Source: Eledone cirrhosa
Taxonomy: Eukaryota
Length of the DNA: 64,000 bases
Reading direction: 5' to 3'
NCBI GenBank assembly: GCA_964016885.1
Contig: OZ024741.1
Location: 37,572,001 to 37,636,000, forward strand
The notes beneath the pieces were generated by a model. The model ran no database searches. It worked only from the letters and a program-made list of their open reading frames with translations, and was not told the DNA's origin. This document shows, in pieces, positions 53,288-64,000 of this stretch. The first letter of the stretch is position 1. Every line of letters begins with the position of its first letter. The translations under genes and the position numbers were made by a program.

Positions 53288-54179
53288 GGATCAGTATGTA
53301 AATTGGCAACATTAGCAGAAAAAACTTTCATAGTTAATGTGATGCTGTCACTTTTCAAGAATGTCTTCCTATAATGGGTAACTTTAGTAATTATATTGTG
53401 CAACAGCAGCAGATATTTTATTGTTGCATCTTCCAATGTTCTATCCTGTTACTTCATTGCAAAGTAGAGCCAATTTTGTCTCTTTTGGTGCAAATCACTT
53501 AAGTCAGTGTTTGTGTTATTATCACTGACTTTTTAGGTAATAAAAATGTCACTCCAGTCTTTGAAAATATGAAAATTACCCACAGTTGTTGATGGATTGC
53601 CACTCCTGTCATGGCAGCTGTTTCCAGCTTGAGTTTCCTCATGCCTGCTTGTCAGAATGGATTTGGCTCTCTTTCTAACTTACTACTGTTTCAATGTCAC
53701 ACCTGGGGAGGTTAGTTCTAATTTAATTACAAAATATGCTGAAAACTGTTGCCGCTAGCTTGTTATGTGAAGAACCAGTGGTAAAATAATCTCAGTGAAG
53801 GTGTCTGTTGCTCCTCTGTTAATGCTTTCATTACCATATTACTAATGAAAGATACTGCCTGTGGTTTTTAAATCATTATGAAAATAATCAAGAATTTTAC
53901 GAAATGTTGTAATATAACTTTCTCATTATTTATTTGATGGATGGAGCATAACTTAACCATGTCGTTACCATATTTATAATGAAAGCTATTGCATGTTATT
54001 TTCAAAATATTGAATGGAGCAATGTGAAATGAAGTGTCTTGTTCAAGAAAATAACACACTGCCCCATCAGGGAAGCAAATATACAGCCTTATGATTGTAA
54101 TCCCAACTCCTTAGCCTTATGTTACCATATTTCTCGTAAGAGACACTGTGTGACCCCCCCCCCCCACACACACACTTAC

Positions 54180-54230
54180 AGAGTATCTGAAGAAGAGTCA
54201 CTCTCATTGAAACTATGAAGTCACTGCCAC
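54180..54230 (+). ncRNA. Degenerate hammerhead motif (PLE pseudo-LTR remnant between microsatellites)
   Basis: CTGAAGA-AGAG-tca-CTCT-catt-GAAAC-tatgaa-GTC; stem I not clearly formed. Confidence 0.45.
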
Positions 54231-54311
54231 CTTTTTTTTCAGCAAATAAATCTTATAAATAATTGACCATTCTATGAATGCATTTACATAACACACCCCT
54301 TTAGTATATAT

Positions 54312-54347
<36 letters not shown>

Positions 54348-54365
54348 ATATCATTATATATAAAC

Positions 54366-54432
<67 letters not shown>

Positions 54433-55654
54433 GTATATATGTATAAAAACAGTCCTTAGGAAGCTGAAACTCTGTGGCAGAGATTACAAAGGACTGCAAT
54501 AACTGAAGACATATGGTACTGGAGAAGACTCGACTACCAGTATAAGAATGTGAATATATCCTCACCCATTCACTCACCTCTAGCATTGCTCCTTAGTAAC
54601 TATCTCTACCATTACAGCCAGGGCTGGATTTAGACCTTGGGGGACTCCTCATACACAAAAAATTACAATACACATCACCCCCCTCCCCATCCCCCAAATG
54701 ACCAGACTAATGTGTTCCTTTAAACACTATATTGTCTCCATTCGATTGCCAAACACTGAAGCTGCCGATCTCTCACCACACTTACTTTTAGTGTTCCACT
54801 ACTTGTACTAGTGGGAATATCTTTTGTATTATGTCATATCAATCAGCTCTGTCCTGTGTCATCTCCTTTGTCGGGTTCCTTTTCTTGATGTCATTCATTA
54901 CAACTTCGTCCCATGTTTTCCTTGATTTTCCACTTGAAGTGTTTGGCACTTTTTTTTTATACCACTCTCACTCTCCTTTTGTACCACATGTCCATATCAG
55001 CACAATCATCACTCTTACACAGTACATTCAACTAACATTTTTTCTCAGTTTAGGTCTGTCGTTTACATAAACTACTATTGCACATCCAGTGAAGCCACTG
55101 CAAATATTCTGACCAGTTATACATAAATCTAACAACATAATTATAAAAATAGAGACATATTGAAGCATATAAAATATGAAGGCATGTGGCTTAGTGGTTA
55201 GAGCATTGGACTTGCAATCGAATGGTTGTAAGTTCAATTCTCGGACCAGGTGGTGTATTGTTTCCTTGAGCAAGACACTTTATTTGCTCCAGTTTACTCA
55301 GCTGTAGAAATGAGATGATAGGACTGGGGTCCCTATCATTAAATCACCCAGGACACCTCCAATGAGATATACCTTGGAGGAGGCCAGCTAAACCTGCATA
55401 GGGTGAGCTGTAAAACGACAACAACATAAAATATGCTTATGTCTAACATACATAAGTCTCACTTTGATTATGTCAAAGCAACCTCAGTAACTACATGAGA
55501 ACACCAAATGTTACAGGGATGCTCAGTTCTTTGAGGACATCTCTTTTGATAGCTCTAACTTTTTTCTAACCTGTTCTGATTATCACAGTAAGGGTGTCCT
55601 GCCAGTTGGTTTTGCTCGTAAAATCTGTCCGGCAATTCTTTTCTGAGACATTTA

Positions 55655-57024
55655 CATCATCATCATCATCATCATCGTTTAATGTCCATCTTCCACGCTT
55701 GCATGGGTGTGGATGGGAATTTTCCCACTTGAGGCAAGATTGGTTGTCTTGCTCGTATAGGACTGTCTGGCAGATTTTCTACGGCTGGATGCCCTTCCTA
55801 ACACCAACCACGTTTACAGTGTGGACTGGGAGGTTTTTACCGTGTTACCTACACGGCCACATTACAGCGTGGATTGTGTGTTTTTTTTGTCATGACTCCT
55901 ACATGACCTCATTTATTTTGGACTGGATGTTGTGGTACCAACATAACTTTACATCGAAAGGGGTGGTGTGGATGGGGTGGAGTAGTGGGACGAGGGTGTA
56001 TTTTTGTTAAGAGGTGCCTACTGACTGTAGGTTTTGCTTTGTACTTAGGCAAGGTGGGTCTTCTATATTACTGTGTAGTGCCAAAGATCTCGGTCCAGTG
56101 ACATTGTCTTGGAGAGGTGTAAGTGTGTGAGGTCGGAATTTATCAAGTCGTCCCAGGTTTTTCTGGGTCTGCCTACTCCGTGGCTACCGTCTATTTTTAT
56201 CGGCCTGCACTTTTTTATACAGCTGTCGTCTTTCATGCGCATCACGTGACCATACCAACGTAGTCTTCTCTCGAGTAATCAACATCTGATCCCTCTTATT
56301 CCTAATTTCTCCCTTAGTTCATTTATGCTTTGCCGTTCACATATATTACTATTACACATACAACGGAACAAGTAAGCTTCGTTCCTCTCCAGTTTGCTTA
56401 TATCCTCTGCACACAATGCCCAAGTTTCACTGCCATGTAACATTGCTGTTCATATGCAGGCATCATACAGCCTGCCTTTCATTTTTAGAGAGAACCCTTT
56501 ATTGCACCTGAGCACCGGCCACATATAAAATCTATATTCTTAGTTAGCTTACCTGTGATCCCACTACATCTTTTATGCACCCATACTTTGCATTTGGGAC
56601 ATAAAATGGAGTTTCTGCCTACTCTTTTCCTACACACTGAGCATGGCCATTTCCCAGATGGGACCAGTGCCCTATTTTCCTTCCTACAAACTAGAACTTT
56701 AGTCTTAGACAGGTTAATTTTAAGGCCTTTTGATTCTAGGCCATGCTTCCATGTTTGGAATTTCTTCTCTAGTTCAGCCATTGATTCAGCTATGAGCGTT
56801 AGATCATCTGCGTATAGGAGTTCCCATGAGCAGCCGGTCTTGAACTCCTCTGTTATAGCCTGAAGGGCAATAATAAATAGTAGGGGGCTAAGGACGGAGC
56901 CCTGATGAACACCAACTTTTACGCTAAACTCTTCACTATATTCGTTGTTAATTCTAACCTTGCTGACTGTTTCTTTATACATGGCTTGTATAGCTCTCAC
57001 AAGCCATTCATCAACACCTAGTTT
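55655..57024 (-). mobile_element. Second copy of the same RTE family, 5'-truncated, ~187-nt internal deletion at ~56500
   Basis: Near-identical to 23363-24900. Junction GAGAACCCTTTA|TTGCACCTGAG lacks the segment equal to 24189-24375. ORF 56485-57048 has GVHQGSVLSP, LYADD and the PHD motif. Confidence 0.92.
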
Positions 57025-59907
57025 ACGTTGCTGATATAAACTCCCCATACATAATGACCTTTATTCATTTAGTTGAAATATATTTTTTGTGAATCTTGTT
57101 AGAAGATTAGTGAATACACACATGGTTTTCAGAGTTAAATCAGGATACATTATAATTTACTATTTAGGTTCCTCTCTGCACTTCACTTTACCTTTTATTA
57201 GTCTTTTAGTCAATAATAACTAATAACATACAAAAAAAAACAATTTAGTCATCCCCCCCCCACACACACACACACATTCCCCACACACACACACACACTC
57301 CCCACACACACACTTTTCCTAATTTTGTTTTATATCTAAGAGAGAAATCTAAATTAGTGTTTTGGAAATGGATGATTTTTATTTTTGTTATTTTAACTGT
57401 TACTTTTTGGTCTAGCACTGAGATGTAAATATATGACTAATATTGTTTAATTGTTCAACATTCTGATGATGATGAGGGGGGGGGGGGGGTTAAATAACAA
57501 CATCAGCGTACATCTAATAGAGAGTTGAAGTTAGTGCTGAGAGAAATTTTATGAAGATACTTTATAACACTGAGTTCATTGCCTCATTGTTCTGAATTTA
57601 AATCATTTATTTGGACTATATATATATAAATATATATATTTTTTTCATCATTCTGGTGTTATAAAGTAAATAATATTCTTAGGTTGACTCAATCCTGACC
57701 TCTGTATGTTTGTATACAAAATCAAGCCTATTTTTCTCTGCTAAAGCAGCGGGTTAGCCTTACAGACCCAATGATAAGCTTCTCCAGCTTGCTCTATTCT
57801 CTGCATTCCCTCTCTTCAAACCCCTGACTTTCATTTCCTCTTCTATAATCTTTAGCCTTGTCTTTCTTGATCTTCATCATCTTCTTTCCACATTCATTTC
57901 CTTCACTCCTCATACCCAGTCACTTTCATCTTTCTTCAACACATGACCCAACTGTCTCATTCCATTTCTTTTCACAACATTCATCACTGGTTCTATTCTC
58001 ACCATCCTCTACAATATATTGATTGTTTTCCTTCTCTCTTTGTTTCTGTCTACCAAATCTACTCACAAGGCATTATTCAATCCAAAACTAGAGTAAAAAC
58101 ACTTGCCCAAGGTGTCACACAGTGGGATAGAACTCAAAACCAAGTGGCTGTAAAGCAAAGATTTTAACCACATAGTCATGCCTGCATCTATATATATATC
58201 ATTTAAAATTATGTTGCTATTCTTTCTGAGGTTGGCATTTCTGTTTTCTACTGTTTAATCAAAGAGAGGAGGTTGTACCCATGTCCTTTTTCAGTTTCTC
58301 TAAAACTGGTGGGAGGGAGAGAGGAAAGTATCCTCAAACTGGCGACCCTGTCTGATTGTCTACAAGAAAGTAAACTCTTCTAAAGACATCAAGAGACAAA
58401 TAATGCTTTAAAACAGGAGATTGATTAAGTCCACCTCCCATCTAGGTGATGGTGGGATACAAAGAACCAAAGAACCAAAATGATGCTCAAGGTATCTTGT
58501 CTTGTGCTCCTCTAACAATTACCCTAATCCAGCTGCCTAGATTGGTAACGTTATTTATCAAGTCCTGAAAGGCTGAAAAACAAAGTTGACCTCAGTCAGA
58601 TTTGAATTCAGAATGTAGAGAACTGGAATCAGTACAAGACATTTTGCCATATGTGCTAATGACTACCAATTTGTCATATTTCCAAAGAAGAAACATTACC
58701 TATGAATTTCAAATAATTTTGAAAATAATCAAGAATTTGGAGAGATTACTTTACTGGGTGCATTTTATTATGGAACCTACAGTAAAGAGGTTATCATATA
58801 CTTGACAAGACTGAAGAGTCCTCTCTACCCTATATTTTCTCTGTTTGGTCACCAACCACTTTACAGTGTGTACTAGGTGGGCTGCCACATATTTCCATCT
58901 TCCAAATTTCTCTCACAAGGCATTGGTCAATGGGTAGAAAACATTATCCCAAGATACCATAGAGTGGGATTGAACCTGAAACACTGTGGTTGCAAAATGA
59001 ACTTTAACCAGACAGCCATGCTTGTGCTTATATGAATTGTGATAAGAGAAATGTTGGACTGTTGTATAAACAAAGTATAACTTACTCTCTTATCTCACAA
59101 GGAACCTAAACAAAAAATGGCACATCCTGGTTTTGATATTGCCAAACTGTATAATTAGAGACAAGATTAGTAATTATGATGTTAGTATGTTTGACTATTG
59201 ATAGTAGCTAAAGATGTCAGATGGTTGCAGAATATACTGTTCTATAATGTATATATATCGTGTATGCATGTATGTATAATAAACACATTATACTAGCCTG
59301 TAATCTCTGAATACTGAGCATGTGTGCATGTGTGTGTATATACAATAAATACAATATACTAGCCTGTGATATATGAATAGTGAGCATGTGTGTGTATGTA
59401 TGTATAATAAATACAATATACTGGCATGTAATGTATGTATAATGTATACATAATACATTATATTAGTCTGTAATGTATAATGTATTGTATGTACACATAC
59501 AATACACTGACCTGTGAAATATATACAATGTCATCATCATCAACATCAACATCATCATCATCGTCGTTGTCGTCATCGTCATCATCATCATTTAATGTCC
59601 ATTTTCCTCTGCTAGATGTATTGTTACAGAGCAAGACAGTACTCAAATGGAACTACATACATCTCTGACGGATTGGAGTGCTGCTACATCTCACATATGT
59701 TCCCATACTCTACCAAGTGCATTTTATCTTAGAATCAGTATTGGGGGAGTTGTCATGTCTGATACAGCTGAAGAGTCCTCCTCACCTTTCATTTGGCAGG
59801 TGTTCTACAGCTGAGTGCCTTTCCTAACACCAACTACTTTAAAGATTGTACAAGGTGCATTTATTTATCATGTAGATCATTGTATGTATGTATAATTTAA
59901 TTTTATA

Positions 59908-60264
<357 letters not shown>

Positions 60265-60643
60265 GCCTCAAGGAAAAGATTTGAACTCCAGAGTGCAGAG
60301 AGCTGGAACCTCTCCACCTCTCTATTTCTCTCACTATCTGATACCACTATTAATTCTTGAAACTATATTATACTATAGCTATATAATAATAGGTCTTCTC
60401 TTACTGATTGAAGTAAAGTAAAGCAGCAGTCCATAGCCTCTAGAAGTGGAAATTCAATGGCGCTGTATGTGGAATTTAACTACATTTTTTTCTTATGCAC
60501 CTTGTAATTGCATTTTTTCTATAACATTGAGTTTGTGTATAGATGTGCATATTTGTGTATGTGTGTGCACACACTCACAGACTTACACACACACACACAC
60601 ACATATAGAACCAGTTATATGCATGTGTGTATGTGTATATATA

Positions 60644-60697
<54 letters not shown>

Positions 60698-60818
60698 GTA
60701 TATATATATATATATAAAGAGAGAGAAAGAGAAAGATATATACATACATTTATCATCATTTTATATGCCATCATTTTATGTGTTTCGTACATCCACACTT
60801 AGACACACACACTCACAC

Positions 60819-60863
<45 letters not shown>

Positions 60864-62812
60864 TATCGAGAAACACATTTCGGCCCACGAAATAACAAAA
60901 AACAAGCTCCGAGTTGTGTGGCAAGTGCTCAATGATTCAGATGAACCAGAGCTATAACAAACGTTAAAGGCCAAACACACTGAGACGATGGTTAAACAAT
61001 CATCCGCATAGCCAAAAAAAACGATGAAGTAATTCGGGTCAAACAAATAAAAAATATCTGTGATATATATATATATTTATATATATATACCAGTGAATTA
61101 GTAGCTGTTATAGTATCAGATAGAATGCCTTAAAGCCTTGTACCTATTAAATGCCACCACCTAATTTCTGCTATACACTTATGTCCCTTCCCCACTCCTA
61201 TGTCTAATGCATTCTCTGTGCTGATGTGACCTGACCCATTCATATTCAATCTCCCTAACAGCACCACCACCATTGCCCTTCAGTATTTTTTTTTTCACCT
61301 CACCCCCTTCATTCTATAATACATTACTGTGCTACAAACATGTAGCAGATATGACCTAGTGGCCATCCATATAAACCCTTTCTGTCACTTTTTAGTACCT
61401 ATTCTCATCAACACTGTAACCTTCCGTTTAATCTGAGATCACACTGCCTCTTTTCTCCCTTGCATTACACTATTACATCCCACCGCAACTAGAATACACA
61501 TGAAATCATAAGCACCAAGTCCACACTGTAAAATGGTCATGTAGGAGTCAGGATAAGAAGCATCCAGTCCACACTGTTAATTGGTTGTGTAGGTAACATG
61601 ACAAAAAGCACCCAGTACACATTGTAAAGTAGTCGTGTAGGTGTCATGACAAGAAGCACCCAGTCCACACTGTAAATGTGGTTGGCATTAGGAAAGGCAT
61701 CCAGCCGTAGAAACCAAGTCGAACTCAGTCCTGTGTGGGCAAAACATGGTCCTTCAATCTGGCTTGTTTCACAACGGGACAGCTTGTCTAACCCATGCTA
61801 GCATGGAAGATGGACATTAAACGATGATGATGATAATGATGATGTTTCCCCTTCCCATTCTTATCCTCTATCCAGTCAATGACTAACAACCTTCCTAGTG
61901 CTGGTGCCATGACAAAATGCACCTAGTAGATTCTGTAAAGTGGTTGGCATTAAGAAGAGCACCCAGCTGTAAGAATCATGTCAAAAGAGTTGATAGGATG
62001 TCTGAGTCACATTATGGTCACAAAAATCTCTCTCATGCTGATGCCACAAACAATGCACCCAGCACACTCTGTGAAATGCTTAATGTTAGGAAGGGCATCA
62101 AGCTGTAGAAATAGTGCCAGAAATGGATGTTAAATGATGATGATAATATATATATGGAGGCACTCGGTCGGTTACAATGACAAGTGTTCCAGTTGAACAA
62201 TGAACAAAAATGCCTGTTTGTAAAATTAACATGAGTGGCTGAGCATTCCATAGACACACATACGCTTAATGTAGTTCTCAAGGAGATTCAGCTTGACACA
62301 GAATATGACAAGATTGGCCCTCCGAATTACAGGTATTACTCATTTTTGTCAGCTGATTGGACTGGAGCAACATGAAATAAAGTGTCTTGCTCAAGGAGAC
62401 AACATGTCGCCAGGAATTAAACTCATGGCATTATGATTGTAAACCGAATACTTTACCACAAAGCCACGTGCCTGTTACCTCTGGTGTCATGCAGTAATAC
62501 AGAAGACTCGACCCCCCGAAGCTGAAGCATACAGACAATATGCCCCCACCCCCTCCCACGGCAAAGTGGAGGTGCCACGGCAAAAGAGCACCCAGCCCTC
62601 ACTGTAAAGTGGCCGTGGAGGCGCCATGGAAAAAAAGCACCCACCACTCACTGTAAATGAGGTTGGTGTTAGGAAGGGCATCCAGCTGTAGAAATCAAGC
62701 CAAAATCAGTTCCCATATGAACAAGACAAGGTCAACCGACCGGACACTGACCACAACAGGGCAACCCATCTGTGGAAGAACGGACGTAAAATGGTGATGA
62801 TCATGATGATCA

Positions 62813-62857
<45 letters not shown>

Positions 62858-63099
62858 CACGTTTGTGTATATATATATGTATGTATGTGTGTGTATGTAA
62901 GTTTGCATATATGTATGTACATATGGATGGGTTGTTTAAATCATTACATACCTTACCTTCCTGTGTTATGATCCTCTTACTGCTACTCCCTATACAGTAT
63001 TTTGTATTTGTGATTAGAAGCTAAACCATCTTATATTATTTTCTCTATCTTTCTTTCTCTCACTTTCTTGCTCTCTCTCTCTCTCTGTCTCTCTCTCTG

Positions 63100-63173
<74 letters not shown>

Positions 63174-63284
63174 GGGAAAAGTGGATGTAAAATGATGATG
63201 ATGATGGTGATGATGATTATATATATATATATATATATATATTATGTATAGAATAAGAAAATGTGAAGTAGTTTCATATATATG

Positions 63285-63324
<40 letters not shown>

Positions 63325-63621
63325 GTATATATAATATACACACACATACATACACACACACATACACACATACATGTATTTATATTTCTTCAATTTTGTT
63401 ATTGGCAGTAAAAAGTAGATATTAACAAACATCTTTTCTTCATGAATATTATTATCTCCTAAAAAAATGTTTCTACTGCTCTTTAAAATCTCTTGGGTAT
63501 ACCACAACTGGAGCAGTAATGGACTTCTGGGGTTTTACTCCAATGAACAGTTGTAATAGATTTTTTAAAATTTTCATTATCAATTATTTCAAATACTAAT
63601 ATTTAAAAAAGAAAGAAAACC

Positions 63622-63622
<1 letters not shown>

Positions 63623-63667
<45 letters not shown>
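63623..63667. repeat. (TAA)n
   Basis: direct reading. Confidence 0.95.
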
Positions 63668-64000
63668 GCCCTAGGTGTCAGGAAGACAGTCAGCATATAT
63701 CTCAGAAACAATAATGAAAGAAAATAAAAATGACAATAATAATAGTAATAATGGTAATAAAAATAATGATGATGATGAATGACTGCTTTTACCTATCATT
63801 TTAGCGTGTAAGTGTAAAAGGAAAATTTATTTATAAATAATGAAAACAAATTTTTTCTGAAATATATTTTTTCAGTTAACTGATGTATTAAATCCCATTT
63901 TTCTTCACTCTCTCTCTTTCTGCATATATATATATATATATCATCTTCCGTATTCCCAATCTTTGCTCCCAAATACAGGAAGCCCTCAACCAATTCTAGC

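Overview
AT-rich, microsatellite-dense animal genomic DNA, most likely an octopod cephalopod (judged from recognisable CORE-type and Nin/Deu-type tRNA SINEs and RTE LINEs; not verified by search). The window is almost entirely non-coding and probably intronic: one convincing 69-nt coding exon candidate (52155-52223, +) and no complete host gene. Mobile elements: a decayed L1/Tx1 LINE (1-3655), RTE-clade LINE copies whose RT carries an internal PHD-type zinc finger, a Neptune-type Penelope-like element (PLE; RT + GIY-YIG), Dong/R4 fragments in (TAA)n, a hAT transposase remnant, TTAA-flanked piggyBac-like MITEs and many SINEs. Most ORFs in the supplied track are microsatellite or antisense artefacts. 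The most striking signal is a set of short non-coding inserts, unrelated in sequence, that sit mostly in TA/CA microsatellites and are near-perfect fold-back palindromes and/or carry type I hammerhead ribozymes with unusually long stem II. The best examples are 38644-38978 (one ribozyme per strand), 25771-25981 and 48998-49151. Other leads: a candidate 53-nt intron fusing Tx1 ORF1 to ORF2 in frame, and a 48-bp minisatellite expanded from the LINE/SINE 3' module. All pairings and alignments were read by eye.
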